21,247 nt of DNA from a virus (Duplodnaviria > Heunggongvirae > Uroviricota > Caudoviricetes). The notes beneath the pieces were generated by a model, which searched no databases, was not told the origin of the DNA, and saw only the letters and a program-made list of their open reading frames with translations. The position numbers and the translations under genes were made by a program. The stretch lies in the IMG/VR virus record IMGVR_UViG_2690316149_000020, positions 1 through 21,247 of that record; one strand, 5' to 3'. Positions 1-11,029 of this stretch are shown here, one piece after another (positions within the stretch are counted from its first letter, which is position 1; each line of letters starts with the position of its first letter).

Positions 1-243
1 ATGGCAGAGATTATTCCCATGACTGAAGAACAGAAATTCCAGTTAGAGATTTACAAACTGGTCATGAACCAGAACGCAGCCGCAGAAGAAGCATTTCAGT
101 TCATTGGCACTGACGAGTTGAAGCTTGAGCTATTCAAAATTCACTTCCAGTCAGGCGGCGCTAATTCAGATATCACGACCCGCACTATCGAAGCGGTGCG
201 TAAATCGAAGGAAGCGTTAGACCTGTTCACCACCGGAGCATGA
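1..243 (+). CDS. hypothetical phage protein (80 aa), function unknown
   Basis: ORF starts with ATG at window position 1 and ends 36 bp upstream of terS on the late-operon strand. No motif recognised. It may be N-terminally truncated by the window edge. Confidence 0.4.
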   Translation: MAEIIPMTEEQKFQLEIYKLVMNQNAAAEEAFQFIGTDELKLELFKIHFQSGGANSDITTRTIEAVRKSKEALDLFTTGA

Positions 244-278
244 TGCTAAACCTGAAATAACAACTAAGTGAGATGAAT

Positions 279-767
279 ATGGCAGCACCAAAGGGCAACC
301 GATTTTGGGAGGCCCGCAGTAGTCATGGGAGAAACCCTAAATTCGAATCGCCTGAGGCGCTGTGGGCTGCTTGTTGTGAATACTTCGAGTGGGTGGAAGC
401 TAACCCGCTATGGGAGATGAAGGCGTTCTCGTATCAGGGTGAAGTGATACAAGAGCCTATCGCCAAGATGCGAGCGATGACCATTACAGGCCTCACTCTG
501 TTCATTGATGTGACTCTTGAAACATGGCGCACATATCGCCTGCGAGAAGATTTATCTGAAGTCGTTACGCGAGCAGAGCAGGTCATCTACGACCAGAAAT
601 TCTCTGGCGCAGCCGCTGACCTTCTCAACGCTAACATCATCGCCCGTGATTTGGGCCTCAAAGAGCAGTCGCAAGTTGAAGACGTGACACCTGATAAGGG
701 AGATCGCGATAAGCGACGCTCTCGTATCAAGGAGCTATTCAACCGTGGAACTGGACGCGATTCTTGA
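279..767 (+). CDS. terminase small subunit (P22 gp3-like, 162 aa)
   Basis: Lies immediately upstream of and overlapping the large terminase. The translation from the second ATG ([20 protein letters not shown]...) matches recalled P22 gp3 N-terminus and length. The ORF track's upstream ATG at 273 would add two residues. Confidence 0.8.
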   Translation: MAAPKGNRFWEARSSHGRNPKFESPEALWAACCEYFEWVEANPLWEMKAFSYQGEVIQEPIAKMRAMTITGLTLFIDVTLETWRTYRLREDLSEVVTRAEQVIYDQKFSGAAADLLNANIIARDLGLKEQSQVEDVTPDKGDRDKRRSRIKELFNRGTGRDS

Positions 768-2244
768 TAACCTGAGCGACGAAGAGCAAATCGAATTGCT
801 CGAGCTACTCGAAGAAGAAGAGAACTACCGGAACACACACCTGCTATATGAATTTACGCCATACAGCAAACAGCGTGAGTTCATCGACGCCGGGCATGAC
901 TATCCAGAGCGCTGTTTTATGGCTGGTAACCAGCTTGGTAAGTCATTTACTGGTGCTGCTGAAGTCGCGTTTCACCTTACCGGGCGTTATCCGGGAACAA
1001 AAGGCTATCCGGCTGATGGTAAATATGGCGGGGAGTGGAAAGGTAAGCGTTTCTATGAGCCTGTTGTCTTCTGGATTGGCGGCGAGACAAACGAGACTGT
1101 AACCAAAACTACTCAACGCATCCTGTGCGGTCGTATCGAAGAGAATGATGAGCCTGGCTACGGTTCCATACCGAAAGAAGACATCATTAGCTGGAAGAAG
1201 TCTCCTTTCTTTCCGAACCTTGTTGATCATCTTCTGGTTAAGCATCACACGGCTGATGGCGTTGAAGATGGCATTTCAATCTGCTACTTCAAACCATACT
1301 CGCAAGGCCGCGCTCGCTGGCAGGGTGACACAATCCACGGCGTGTGGTTTGACGAAGAGCCACCATACAGCATTTATGGCGAAGGTCTTACCCGTACCAA
1401 CAAATACGGGCAATTCTCAATTCTGACGTTTACCCCGCTGATGGGGATGTCTGACGTTGTTACCAAGTTCCTGAAGAATCCCAGCAAGTCGCAGAAAGTG
1501 GTCAACATGACCATCTATGACGCTGAGCACTATACCGACGAGCAGAAAGAGCAAATCATCGCATCCTATCCCGAGCATGAGAGAGAGGCGCGTGCTCGCG
1601 GTATCCCTACGATGGGTAGTGGTCGAATCTTCCAGATACCGGAAGAGACGATTAAGTGTCAGCCGTTCGAATGTCCTGATCACTTCTACGTAATTGGCGG
1701 GATGGATTTCGGATGGGATCACCCGCAGGCGCAGGTTCAGCTTTGGTGGGATAAGGACGCAGACACAATCTACGTTTCACGCGTGTGGAAGGCGAAAGAA
1801 AAAACAGCCGTTCAGGCATGGGGAGCCGTTAAATCATGGGCGCATAAAGTGCCAACCGCATGGCCTCATGACGGAAACCAGCATGAGAAGGGCGGCGGTG
1901 AGCAGCTCAAAGGGCAGTATGCCGACGCTGGTTTTATGATGTTGCAGGAGCATGCGACATGGCCTGATGGCGGTAACGCTGTGGAGCCTGGCATCACTGA
2001 ATTGCGCGACATGATGCTCGATGGTCGCTTCAAAGTATTCAACACCTGTGAGCCATTCTTTGAGGAGTTCCGCCTCTATCACCGTGATGAAAACGGGAAA
2101 ATCGTCAAGCTTAACGACGACGTTCTCTCAGCCGTTCGCTATGCATACATGATGCGCCGCTTCGCCAAAATGATGCGCGACATCAAAAAACCAAAAGAGA
2201 AAAAGATACCAGCCCCAATCAGGCCCATCGCACGGAGAACTTAA
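745..2244 (+). CDS. terminase large subunit (P22 gp2-like, 499 aa)
   Basis: 499-aa ORF in the gp2 position between terS and portal. Its start overlaps the terS 3' end by 23 nt. Length and N-terminus ([25 protein letters not shown]) fit P22-type TerL. Confidence 0.9.
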   Translation: MELDAILDNLSDEEQIELLELLEEEENYRNTHLLYEFTPYSKQREFIDAGHDYPERCFMAGNQLGKSFTGAAEVAFHLTGRYPGTKGYPADGKYGGEWKGKRFYEPVVFWIGGETNETVTKTTQRILCGRIEENDEPGYGSIPKEDIISWKKSPFFPNLVDHLLVKHHTADGVEDGISICYFKPYSQGRARWQGDTIHGVWFDEEPPYSIYGEGLTRTNKYGQFSILTFTPLMGMSDVVTKFLKNPSKSQKVVNMTIYDAEHYTDEQKEQIIASYPEHEREARARGIPTMGSGRIFQIPEETIKCQPFECPDHFYVIGGMDFGWDHPQAQVQLWWDKDADTIYVSRVWKAKEKTAVQAWGAVKSWAHKVPTAWPHDGNQHEKGGGEQLKGQYADAGFMMLQEHATWPDGGNAVEPGITELRDMMLDGRFKVFNTCEPFFEEFRLYHRDENGKIVKLNDDVLSAVRYAYMMRRFAKMMRDIKKPKEKKIPAPIRPIARRT

Positions 2245-4410
2245 ATGGCCGACGAAAATAGACTCAATTCCATTCTGTGTAAGTTTGACGCGGACTGGAT
2301 GGCGAGCGATGAAGCCAGAACCGAGGCGACAAATGACCTGTATTTTAGCCGAGTGTCGCAATGGGATGACTGGCTATCAAACTACACTACCCTGCAATAT
2401 CGCGGACAATTCGATGTTGTTCGCCCGGTGGTCAGGAAACTGGTCGCAGAGATGCGCCGGAACCCTATCGACGTTCTCTTCCGACCCAAAGACGGCGCTA
2501 ATCCTGATGCTGCCGATGTGTTGATGGGAATGTATCGTACTGATATGCGCCATAACACGGCAAAGATTGCCGTTAACGTTGGCGTTCGTGAGCAGATAGA
2601 GTCCGGCGTTGGTGCATGGCGTCTGGTCACCCAGTACGAAGACAACGACCCAACAAGCAACAATCAGGTAATCCGACGCCTGCCAATCCATGAAGCCTGC
2701 TCACACGTCATATGGGACGCCAACAGCAAGCAGATGGATAAGAGCGACGCTAAGCACTGCACGGTGATTAACGCTTTGTCACGTAATGGCTGGAAAGAGT
2801 TCGCAGAGGATTACGGTATTGATCCTGACACCTTGCCATCTTTCCAGAATCCGAACGATACATGGCTGTTTCCGTGGGTATCGAATGATGTCGTCTACGT
2901 CGCTGAGTATTACGAGGTCGAAGAGAAGAAAGAGAAAGTCTTCATCTACCGCGACCCGCTGACAGGTGAGCCGGTCAGCTATTACCAGCAGGATATCAAA
3001 GACGTTATCGACGACCTTGCTAATCGTGGATTCATTAAGGTAGCAGAGCGCAAGGTGAAGCGTCGGCGTGTATATAAGTCGATCATCACCTGCACGCAGA
3101 TACTGAAGGACCGAGAGAAGATAGCCGGAGAGCATATCCCAATCGTTCCTGTGTACGGCGAATGGTCATTCGCTGGTGACAAGGAGTGCTACGAAGGAGT
3201 GGTAAGGCTGACGAAAGACGGTCAGCGCCTTCGTAACATGATCATGTCATTCAACGCCGATATTGTTGCTCGTTCACCGAAGAAGAAACCGACCTTCTTC
3301 CCTGAGCAAATCGAAGGCTACGAATACATGTACGGAGGAAATGACGACTATCCGTACTATCTGCAGAACAGGACCGATGAAAACGGTAACGACTTGCCGA
3401 TTGGTCCAATCTCCTACATGGAAAACCCTGAAGTGCCGCAAGCCAACGCTTACATGCTTGAGGCAGCCACCAACGCAGTGAAAGAGGTGGCTAGTCTTGG
3501 CGTGGATGCACAGGCAGCAAACGGTCAGGTCGCTTTCGATACCGTCAATCAACTGAACATGCGGGCAGACCTTGAGACATATGTGTTTCAGGATAACCTG
3601 GCTACCGCAATGCGACGTGATGGCGAGATTTATGCCTCAATGGTCAACGATATTTATGACGTTCCTCGTCATGTAACGCTGACACTTGAAGATGGAAGCG
3701 AGAAAGACGTTCAACTCTATGCGCAAGTTGTCGATTACCAGTCCGGCAATGTGGTCACACTCAACGACATTCGCGGTCGCTATGAGTGCTATACAGACGT
3801 CGGACCATCCTTCCAGAGTATGAAGGAACAGAACCGCGCAGAGATTCAGGAGTTGCTCACCAAGGTTCCGCAAGGTGCTCCAGAGTTCCAGATGCTGATG
3901 CTGCAATACTTCACGCTGCTTGACGGTAAAGGCGTCGAGATGATGCGAGAGTACGCTAACAAGCAACTGGTGATGATGGGGCTGAAGAAACCAGAAACAC
4001 CTGAAGAGATGGAGATGGTACAACAGGCGCAACAGCAGCCGCAGCAGCCATCAGCAGAGCAAATTCAGGCGCAGGGTATCCTTCTGCAAGGCCAGGCTGA
4101 ATTGCTTAAGGCAGAGAACCAACAGGCCCAGATTCAGGTTGAAGCCGCCAAGGTTGAAGCCCAAAACCAACTCAACGCCGCGAAGATTGCAGAAATCTTC
4201 AACAATATGAACCTCGACAAGCAGGCAGAACTGCGTGAGTACCTCAAGCTCGTAGGTCAATTCCAGCAACAGCGCAGCAAAGATGCTCGTGCTAACGCTG
4301 AGCTGCTTCTTAAAGATGCAGACCAGACTCATTCACAACGCATGGATTTCGCGAATCTTATGCGTCAAGTTCAAATCCCCTCCGGCGGAGTAGCCGAGAC
4401 ACCTCAATAA
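2245..4410 (+). CDS. portal protein (P22 gp1-like, 721 aa)
   Basis: Translation is recognisably P22 portal along its length ([11 protein letters not shown]...[10 protein letters not shown]...[23 protein letters not shown]...C-terminal Q-rich barrel ending SGGVAETPQ). Start is directly after the terL stop. Confidence 0.95.
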   Translation: MADENRLNSILCKFDADWMASDEARTEATNDLYFSRVSQWDDWLSNYTTLQYRGQFDVVRPVVRKLVAEMRRNPIDVLFRPKDGANPDAADVLMGMYRTDMRHNTAKIAVNVGVREQIESGVGAWRLVTQYEDNDPTSNNQVIRRLPIHEACSHVIWDANSKQMDKSDAKHCTVINALSRNGWKEFAEDYGIDPDTLPSFQNPNDTWLFPWVSNDVVYVAEYYEVEEKKEKVFIYRDPLTGEPVSYYQQDIKDVIDDLANRGFIKVAERKVKRRRVYKSIITCTQILKDREKIAGEHIPIVPVYGEWSFAGDKECYEGVVRLTKDGQRLRNMIMSFNADIVARSPKKKPTFFPEQIEGYEYMYGGNDDYPYYLQNRTDENGNDLPIGPISYMENPEVPQANAYMLEAATNAVKEVASLGVDAQAANGQVAFDTVNQLNMRADLETYVFQDNLATAMRRDGEIYASMVNDIYDVPRHVTLTLEDGSEKDVQLYAQVVDYQSGNVVTLNDIRGRYECYTDVGPSFQSMKEQNRAEIQELLTKVPQGAPEFQMLMLQYFTLLDGKGVEMMREYANKQLVMMGLKKPETPEEMEMVQQAQQQPQQPSAEQIQAQGILLQGQAELLKAENQQAQIQVEAAKVEAQNQLNAAKIAEIFNNMNLDKQAELREYLKLVGQFQQQRSKDARANAELLLKDADQTHSQRMDFANLMRQVQIPSGGVAETPQ

Positions 4411-4423
4411 GAGAGAGTTAACC

Positions 4424-5335
4424 ATGGAACAAACCACCGACATTCAGGCTTCTGAAGAATTAACCCTGCCCGGCAATCATGCAGCGGCATCTGCTGATGG
4501 CTTAGTTGTCGATAATGCCAACGACAACGCAGGTCAGGAAGAAGGCTTTGAGATTGTCCTGAAAGACGATGAGAAACCAAAACAAGACCCGGCAACTAAT
4601 GCTGAATTTGCCCGTCGCCGCATCGAACGCAAACGCCAGCGTGAGCTTGAGCAGCAGATGGAAGCGGTTAAGCGTGGAGAGTTGCCGGAGCACCTGCGGG
4701 TGAACCCTGAGTTACCAAAACAACCAGACCCTAACGATTATCTTTCCGAAGATGCACTGGCTAAGTACGACTATGACCAGAGCCGCGCACTGGCTGCCTT
4801 CCAGCAGGCAAACAGTGAATGGCAGATCAAGGCTATGGACGCACGAAGCCAGGCTGTCGCCGAGCAGGGTCGCAAAACTCAGGAGTTCACCCAGCAATCA
4901 GCGCAATACGTCGAGGCAGCCCGTAAGCACTACGACGCAGCGGAAAAGCTCAATATCCCTGACTATCAGGAGAAAGAGGATGCATTCATGCAACTGGTGC
5001 CGCCAGCAGTCGGTGCCGACATCATGCGACTCTTCCCGGAGAAATCCGCCGCTCTCATGTATCACCTTGGTGCTAATCCTGAGAAAACACGCCAGTTGCT
5101 GGCGATGGACGGGCAATCCGCGCTGATTGAACTCACTCGACTGTCAGAACGTTTAACTCTCAAGCCTCGAGCCAAGCCTGTTTCAGAAGCCCCGCTACCT
5201 GATGAACCCATTCAGGGACACGCTGTTGCTGCAAATATATCTGCGATTGAAAAGCAGATGGAAGCGGCAGCAAACAAAGGGGATGTAGAGACATACCGCA
5301 AGCTCAAGGCGCAACTGAATAAAGGAATTCGATAA
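4424..5335 (+). CDS. scaffolding protein (P22 gp8-like, 303 aa)
   Basis: 303 aa as in P22 gp8, with matching sequence ([17 protein letters not shown]...[20 protein letters not shown]...[11 protein letters not shown]...). Sits between portal and coat. Confidence 0.9.
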   Translation: MEQTTDIQASEELTLPGNHAAASADGLVVDNANDNAGQEEGFEIVLKDDEKPKQDPATNAEFARRRIERKRQRELEQQMEAVKRGELPEHLRVNPELPKQPDPNDYLSEDALAKYDYDQSRALAAFQQANSEWQIKAMDARSQAVAEQGRKTQEFTQQSAQYVEAARKHYDAAEKLNIPDYQEKEDAFMQLVPPAVGADIMRLFPEKSAALMYHLGANPEKTRQLLAMDGQSALIELTRLSERLTLKPRAKPVSEAPLPDEPIQGHAVAANISAIEKQMEAAANKGDVETYRKLKAQLNKGIR

Positions 5336-6630
5336 TGGCATTAAATGAAGGTCAACTGGTCACGTATGCTCTGGATGAAATCATCGAAACCGTCCAGAAC
5401 CTGACGCCAATGGCGTCCAAAGTGACAAAATACACCCCTCCGGCAGAATCCATGCAGCGTTCAAGCAACACCGTGTGGATGCCTGTTGAGCAGGAAGCGC
5501 CAACCCAGACTGGCTGGGATTTAACTGGCAACGCAACCGGGATTCTGGAACTCTCCGTGAAATGCAACATGGGCGATCCGGATAACGATTTCTTCGAGCT
5601 TCGTGCAGATGACCTGCGTGATGAGCGTTCTTACCGTCGCCGCATCCAGGCATCTGCCAAAAAACTGGCGAATAACATTGAGTCAGCGATTGCCAAACAG
5701 GCAACTGAAATGGGCTCACTTGTTGTTCACGATACCCGCGCAATTGGTCCATCTACTGGCCTGTCTGGCTGGGATTTTGTGTCTGATGCAGAGCGCCTGA
5801 TGTTCTCCCGCGAACTCAACCGCGACATGGGCATCAGTTACTTCCTGAACCCTGACGATTACCGCAAAGCAGGCCGCAACCTGGTAGATGGTGACATCTT
5901 CGGTCGCGTTCCTGAAGAAGCGTATCGCAACGGTACTATTCAGCGTCAGATTGCTGGCTTTGATGAAATTCTTCGCTCACCGAAACTTCCGGCAGTTACC
6001 AAGTCAACCGCTACTGGGGTAACTGTTTCTGGTGAGCAGAAGTTTAAGCCGCAGGCATACACCCTTGATACCGATGGTAACAAAGAGAACGTCGACAACC
6101 GTGTTGCAACGGTGACCGTATCCTCCACCACCGGATTTAAGCGCGGCGACAAAATCAGTTTCACTGGTGTGAAATTCCTGTCTCAGATGGCGAAGAACGT
6201 GCTAACTGATGATGCGACTTTCTCAATCACCCGTGTGATCGATGGTACTCACATCGAAATCACGCCGAAGCCGATTGCACTGGATGACGCGTCACTGACA
6301 AAAGAAGAGAAGGCTTACGCTAACGTAAACACCTCTCTTGCTGATATCACTCCGGTAAACGTTCTGAACGTGGCAACAACCACCGCTAACGTGTTCTGGG
6401 CTGATGACTCAATCCGCCTGCTGTCTCAGCCGATCCCGGTAACCCATGAACTGTTTGCTGGCATGAAAACGTCTTCCTTCAGCATTCCTGGTATTGGTGT
6501 TAACGGCATCTTCGCAACGCAGGGTGATATCAACACTCTGTCTGGTAAGTGCCGTATTGCTGTGTGGTATTCAGCATGTGCTGTACGACCAGAGGCAATT
6601 GGTGTTGGTCTGCCTAACCAGACTGCGTGA
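5335..6630 (+). CDS. major coat protein (P22 gp5-like, 431 aa)
   Basis: Translation matches P22 coat across its length ([20 protein letters not shown]...[34 protein letters not shown]...). TAATG stop/start overlap with the scaffold gene. Confidence 0.95.
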   Translation: MALNEGQLVTYALDEIIETVQNLTPMASKVTKYTPPAESMQRSSNTVWMPVEQEAPTQTGWDLTGNATGILELSVKCNMGDPDNDFFELRADDLRDERSYRRRIQASAKKLANNIESAIAKQATEMGSLVVHDTRAIGPSTGLSGWDFVSDAERLMFSRELNRDMGISYFLNPDDYRKAGRNLVDGDIFGRVPEEAYRNGTIQRQIAGFDEILRSPKLPAVTKSTATGVTVSGEQKFKPQAYTLDTDGNKENVDNRVATVTVSSTTGFKRGDKISFTGVKFLSQMAKNVLTDDATFSITRVIDGTHIEITPKPIALDDASLTKEEKAYANVNTSLADITPVNVLNVATTTANVFWADDSIRLLSQPIPVTHELFAGMKTSSFSIPGIGVNGIFATQGDINTLSGKCRIAVWYSACAVRPEAIGVGLPNQTA

Positions 6631-6636
6631 TAACCA

Positions 6637-6660
6637 GAGGGAGCTTCGGCTCCCTTTTCT
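6637..6660 (+). terminator. candidate intrinsic terminator/attenuator immediately after the coat gene
   Basis: Inverted repeat AGGGAGC-TTCG-GCTCCCT (7-bp stem, TTCG loop) followed by TTTTCT, starting 7 bp after the coat stop. Confidence 0.6.
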
Positions 6661-6673
6661 ATTGGAGATACCA

Positions 6674-7273
6674 ATGAGCGTAATGATTTTTCAGGCTGGC
6701 GGAGATACCAAAATCTGGGGACGCAAGCTGAAAACGAAAACCGTTGATCCTGATGATGTAGCTGTGCACTTAGCAAATGGCTGGTATAAGCACCCTGACG
6801 ATGTTCCTGATGATCCTCTTGTTGGTGATCAAATTGGGAGTGTTGGCGGAGGTGAAACTTCCCCAGTTGATATGGGCGAAGTGTCCGACGGTTATCACAC
6901 TTTTAACGAGCTTTACGCTCACCGAGTGCGACTCTTCTCATCGCTGATGCATGCTTACGCTGAGCTTTCGTGGTGGTCTCGCAAACACAGTGACGGTGAA
7001 GAGTGGGATGGCTGGATCATTGCTGGTATCACCACTCCAGAAGGCGAAATCACTTATCACCTACCTGTTGAAGAAATCGAGTTCCTTCCTGAAGGTACTG
7101 AGCTTGAGTTCGGGAAAGAGTGGGATGGTCATGAAGCAAATGATGTTCTTGGACGACTCCTGAGTTTGCGTCCGGCTATTGCAGAGCCGGAGTCAGAGCC
7201 AGAAGAAAAACAGCGTAAAAAGCCTGGTCGAAAACCTAAGGCGGCAGCAGATGAACCTGACAACGAAGGGTGA
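6674..7273 (+). CDS. hypothetical protein (199 aa) inserted between coat and gp4; acidic body with a basic C-terminal tail
   Basis: ATG at 6674 preceded by GGAGA five nt upstream. The longer 6494 start from the ORF track lies inside the coat gene in another frame and is rejected. No equivalent gene is recalled between genes 5 and 4 in P22. Confidence 0.6.
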   Translation: MSVMIFQAGGDTKIWGRKLKTKTVDPDDVAVHLANGWYKHPDDVPDDPLVGDQIGSVGGGETSPVDMGEVSDGYHTFNELYAHRVRLFSSLMHAYAELSWWSRKHSDGEEWDGWIIAGITTPEGEITYHLPVEEIEFLPEGTELEFGKEWDGHEANDVLGRLLSLRPAIAEPESEPEEKQRKKPGRKPKAAADEPDNEG

Positions 7274-7751
7274 TTTAGTTCTTGCGGCATTACGTAAGCT
7301 CGGTGTGGCATCAAATGCCACGTTAACCGATGTCGAACCGCAGTCTATGGAAGATGGCGTCAACGACCTTGAAATGATGATGGCTGAATGGCTTGGCGGT
7401 GATGCGTCACCTGGGATCAACGTTGGCTACATTTTCGCTGATGCAGATGTCGCTCCAGATCCGGGCGATGAGCACGGTTTATCAAATAACGCTATCAATG
7501 CCGTCATTTTCAACCTTGCCTGCCGCATTGCTCCGGATTATGCGCTGGAAGCGTCAGCAAAACTTATAACCACTGCCAGATACGGGAAAGAGCGACTCGT
7601 CAAACTGTCTGCAATGGACAGAGCAAAAGCCGCTAAATGTAAGTCCGGTTATCCAAACCGTATGCCTGTTGGTAGCGGTAACCAGTTGGCGAAGTGGAAC
7701 GGTTGGAATTACTTCCACCGAAAGGAACCTTGCGATAACGGGAGCGAATAA
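7251..7751 (+). CDS. head-tail adaptor / portal-closure protein (P22 gp4-like, 166 aa)
   Basis: From the internal ATG at 7251 the translation ([47 protein letters not shown]...) matches P22 gp4 and gives the expected 166 aa. The upstream part of the ORF-track call is the overlap with the preceding gene. Confidence 0.85.
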   Translation: MNLTTKGDLVLAALRKLGVASNATLTDVEPQSMEDGVNDLEMMMAEWLGGDASPGINVGYIFADADVAPDPGDEHGLSNNAINAVIFNLACRIAPDYALEASAKLITTARYGKERLVKLSAMDRAKAAKCKSGYPNRMPVGSGNQLAKWNGWNYFHRKEPCDNGSE

Positions 7752-9169
7752 TGCCGATTCAGCAACTTCCGCTTATGAAAGGTGTCGGCAAAGACTTTCG
7801 AAACGCCGACTATATCGACTATCTGCCAGTTAATATGCTGGCTACACCCAAAGAAATCCTCAACAGCAGCGGATATCTTCGCTCATTCCCGGGCATTGCC
7901 AAACGTTCTGATGTGAACGGTGTATCGCGCGGCGTCGAGTACAACATGGCGCAGAGTGCTGTTTATCGCGTGTGTGGTGGCAAACTGTACAAAGGAGAAA
8001 GCGAGGTTGGTGATGTCGCCGGAAGTGGTCGTGTATCAATGGCGCATGGTCGGACATCACAGGCGGTAGGCGTTAATGGTCAACTGGTCGAGTATCGCTA
8101 TGATGGCACGGTTAAAACCGTCTCAAACTGGCCTACAGACAGCGGATTCACGCAGTATGAGTTAGGTTCTGTTCGTGACATTACGCGCTTACGCGGGCGT
8201 TATGCGTGGTCAAAAGACGGTACTGATTCATGGTTTATCACTGATCTTGAAGACGAATCGCATCCTGACCGTTACAGCGCACAATATCGTGCCGAGTCTC
8301 AGCCGGACGGCATCATCGGTATCGGGACATGGCGAGACTTCATCGTCTGCTTTGGTTCATCGACGATTGAATATTTCTCCCTGACTGGTGCAACCACCGT
8401 TGGTGCTGCTTTGTATGTCGCCCAGCCATCGCTGATGGTGCAGAAAGGCATTGCCGGGACCTACTGCAAAACGCCGTTTGCTGACTCGTATGCGTTCATC
8501 AGCAATCCGGCAACAGGTGCGCCGTCTGTATACATCATCGGCTCCGGTCAGGTATCACCAATCGCCAGCGCGAGCATTGAGAAAATCCTCCGCTCCTACA
8601 CTGCTGATGAACTGGCTGATGGTGTGATGGAATCGCTGCGATTTGATGCGCATGAACTGCTGATTATCCACCTTCCGCGCCACGTCCTCGTGTACGACGC
8701 ATCTTCAAGCGCCAATGGTCCGCAATGGTGTGTACTGAAAACAGGCTTGTATGACGATGTGTACCGCGCTATCGACTTCATTTACGAAGGCAATCAGATA
8801 ACGTGCGGCGATAAGCTGGAATCTGTTACCGGGAAATTGCAGTTCGATATCAGCAGCCAGTACGACAAGCAGCAGGAACACCTGCTGTTTACTCCACTCT
8901 TCAAAGCAGATAACGCCAGAGTTTTCGACCTTGAAGTTGAATCTTCAACTGGCGTTGCGCAGTATGCTGACCGCCTTTTTCTCTCTGCAACCACTGACGG
9001 CATCAATTACGGTCGTGAGCAGATGATTGAGCAGAATGAACCGTTCGTTTACGACAAACGCGTTTTGTGGAAGCGTGTCGGGCGAATCAGGAAAAATGTC
9101 GGCTTCAAATTGCGCGTTATCACGAAGTCACCTGTCACTCTGTCTGGCTGCCAGATAAGGATTGAGTAA
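7751..9169 (+). CDS. tail hub / head-completion protein (P22 gp10-like, 472 aa)
   Basis: 472-aa ORF in the gp10 position with the same length as P22 gp10. ATAATG stop/start overlap with gp4. Confidence 0.85.
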   Translation: MPIQQLPLMKGVGKDFRNADYIDYLPVNMLATPKEILNSSGYLRSFPGIAKRSDVNGVSRGVEYNMAQSAVYRVCGGKLYKGESEVGDVAGSGRVSMAHGRTSQAVGVNGQLVEYRYDGTVKTVSNWPTDSGFTQYELGSVRDITRLRGRYAWSKDGTDSWFITDLEDESHPDRYSAQYRAESQPDGIIGIGTWRDFIVCFGSSTIEYFSLTGATTVGAALYVAQPSLMVQKGIAGTYCKTPFADSYAFISNPATGAPSVYIIGSGQVSPIASASIEKILRSYTADELADGVMESLRFDAHELLIIHLPRHVLVYDASSSANGPQWCVLKTGLYDDVYRAIDFIYEGNQITCGDKLESVTGKLQFDISSQYDKQQEHLLFTPLFKADNARVFDLEVESSTGVAQYADRLFLSATTDGINYGREQMIEQNEPFVYDKRVLWKRVGRIRKNVGFKLRVITKSPVTLSGCQIRIE

Positions 9170-9870
9170 TGGCGGATTCATCACTGAATAATCCTGTCGC
9201 GGTTCAGGCTGCGCGCCTTGATGCTTCAATTTTGCCACGCAATATATTCAGCCAGTCTTACCTGCTGTATGTCATAAATCAGGGTGCTGATGTTGGCGCA
9301 ATTGCCGGGAAGGCAAATCAGGCTGGTCAGGGCGCTTACGATGCTCAGGTGAAAAACGATGAACAGGACGTCGAGCTGGCAGATCACGATGCAAGAATCA
9401 CCGCAAACACAAAAGCGATAAATCTCCTTGAGGTCAGGTTAACAACCGCCGAAGGGAAGATAGTCGTACTACGTAGCGATGTTGATTACTTGCTGGATGA
9501 GGTTATCGATATTCAGGCGCATCTGGTCACTGTTGACCAAAGACTGGATGGCGTAGAAAGCGATGTATCTGACATTAAGAGTGATTACGTATCGAAAAAC
9601 GTAACCGAATCGCAGTCTCTTGCGTCACCGCTGGATGTAAAAACATCATATTCAGTTGATGGAATTCAGGTCGTTGGAGCAAGGCAGACCGGATGGACTG
9701 CAGCCACAGGTACGCCACTTCTTGGCTCATTCAACGCTAACCAGTCATACACTGTCGGCACTACGTACACGCAATCCGAAGTCGCAGCTCTCGCTACAGG
9801 TTTGCAGCAGGCGCGGCAGCGTATTCTGGCGCTTGAAACGGCACTTAGATTACATGGGCTGATTGACTGA
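9169..9870 (+). CDS. tail needle (P22 gp26-like, 233 aa)
   Basis: 233 aa. N-terminus [36 protein letters not shown] and C-terminus ...ALRLHGLID match recalled P22 gp26. TAATG overlap with gp10. Confidence 0.85.
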   Translation: MADSSLNNPVAVQAARLDASILPRNIFSQSYLLYVINQGADVGAIAGKANQAGQGAYDAQVKNDEQDVELADHDARITANTKAINLLEVRLTTAEGKIVVLRSDVDYLLDEVIDIQAHLVTVDQRLDGVESDVSDIKSDYVSKNVTESQSLASPLDVKTSYSVDGIQVVGARQTGWTAATGTPLLGSFNANQSYTVGTTYTQSEVAALATGLQQARQRILALETALRLHGLID

Positions 9871-10325
9871 TGATTACATTCAAACCAACGCGAAACATCG
9901 ACCTGATAGAAGCAGTCGGAAATCACCCTGACATTATTGCCGGGAGCAACAACGGTGATGGATATGACTACAAACCTGAATGCCGTTACTTTGAGGTGAA
10001 CGTGCACGGGCAGTTCGGCGGAATTGTTTACTATCAGGAGATTCAGCCGCTGACATTCGATTGCCACGCCATGTACCTGCCAGAGGTTCGTGGATTCAGC
10101 AAGGAAATCGGGCTGGCGTTCTGGAGATACATTCTGACTAACACCACTGTTCAGTGTGTCACATCGTTCGCTGCGCGCAAATTCCGCCACGGGCAGATGT
10201 ACTGCGCAATGATTGGCCTTAATCGTGTAGGAACCATCAAGAAATACTTCAAAGGCGTGGATGACGTGACATTTTACAGTGCTACACGCGAAGAACTAAT
10301 CGAATTCCTGAATCACGGGAGATAG
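9870..10325 (+). CDS. virion assembly protein (P22 gp14-position, 151 aa)
   Basis: Positional homolog directly after the tail needle, with an overlapping TGATG junction. Assignment is by gene order and length. Confidence 0.7.
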   Translation: MITFKPTRNIDLIEAVGNHPDIIAGSNNGDGYDYKPECRYFEVNVHGQFGGIVYYQEIQPLTFDCHAMYLPEVRGFSKEIGLAFWRYILTNTTVQCVTSFAARKFRHGQMYCAMIGLNRVGTIKKYFKGVDDVTFYSATREELIEFLNHGR

Positions 10326-10327
10326 CC

Positions 10328-11020
10328 ATGTTATATGCATTTAAGCTGGGCAGAAAACTGCGCGGCGAGGAACCTTATTGCCCTGAAAAAGGCGGGAAAG
10401 GTGGCAGTTCTGATAAAAGCGCAAAGTATGCCGCAGAAGCTCAGAAGTATGCCGCAGACCTGCAAAATCAGCAGTGGCAGACGATCATGAAAAACCTTGC
10501 TCAGTTCACGCCGCTTGCGGAGCAGCATGTTAACCAGCTTCAGAACCTTTCCAGTTTAGAAGGTCAGGGGCAGGCACTTAATCAGTATTACAACTCTCAG
10601 CAGTATAAAGACCTTGCAGGTCAGGCGCGTTACCAGAGTCTTGCTGCTGCGGAGGCGACGGGTGGACTTGGTTCGACAGCCACAAGCAATCAACTGGCTA
10701 CGATCGCGCCGACACTCGGTCAGTCTTGGTTATCAAACCAGATGAGCAATTACAACAATCTGGCAAACGTTGGGCTTGGTGCGCTGCAAGGTCAGGCAAA
10801 CGCCGGGCAGACGTACGCCAACAACATGAGCAGCATTGCACAGCAAAGCGCAGCACTTGCCGCTGCTAATGCCAATAAACCATCAAGTCTTCAGACTGCA
10901 ATTAGCGGTGGCACGTCTGGTGCGATTGCCGGTGCAGGTCTTGCCAGCCTTTTGGGAACATCAACGCCTTGGGGCGCTGGCATTGGTGCTGGAATCGGAT
11001 TGCTTGGCTCGTTGTTTTAA
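10328..11020 (+). CDS. ejection (internal virion) protein, P22 gp7-position (230 aa)
   Basis: Position and length match P22 gp7. The C-terminal half is Gly/Ala/Ser/Gln-rich low-complexity sequence typical of E proteins. Confidence 0.75.
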   Translation: MLYAFKLGRKLRGEEPYCPEKGGKGGSSDKSAKYAAEAQKYAADLQNQQWQTIMKNLAQFTPLAEQHVNQLQNLSSLEGQGQALNQYYNSQQYKDLAGQARYQSLAAAEATGGLGSTATSNQLATIAPTLGQSWLSNQMSNYNNLANVGLGALQGQANAGQTYANNMSSIAQQSAALAAANANKPSSLQTAISGGTSGAIAGAGLASLLGTSTPWGAGIGAGIGLLGSLF

Positions 11021-11029
11021 GGGGTAATC

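Noticed and set aside
587-4332. Numerous 60-130 aa ORFs on the minus strand or in alternative plus frames inside terS, terL and portal (for example 587..838, 943..1248, 1417..1722, 2377..2691, 2779..3135, 3637..4032, 4051..4332)
   Set aside because: They lie entirely within long, well-supported structural genes, have no ribosome-binding sites and give low-complexity translations. They are shadow ORFs.
6494-7273. Longer 259-aa version of the post-coat ORF starting at 6494
   Set aside because: The first 60 codons overlap the coat gene 3' end in another frame and run through the terminator hairpin. The ATG at 6674 with a GGAGA Shine-Dalgarno is the credible start.
745-7273. Possible programmed frameshift at the two 23-nt gene overlaps (terS/terL at 745..767 and post-coat ORF/gp4 at 7251..7273)
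   Set aside because: Each downstream gene has its own in-frame ATG and a full-length product. The overlaps are ordinary translational coupling, and no slippery heptamer was noted.
7179-7751. 190-aa version of gp4 starting at 7179
   Set aside because: Homology to P22 gp4 begins at the internal Met ([10 protein letters not shown]), which gives the expected 166 aa. The upstream 24 codons are the overlap with the preceding gene.
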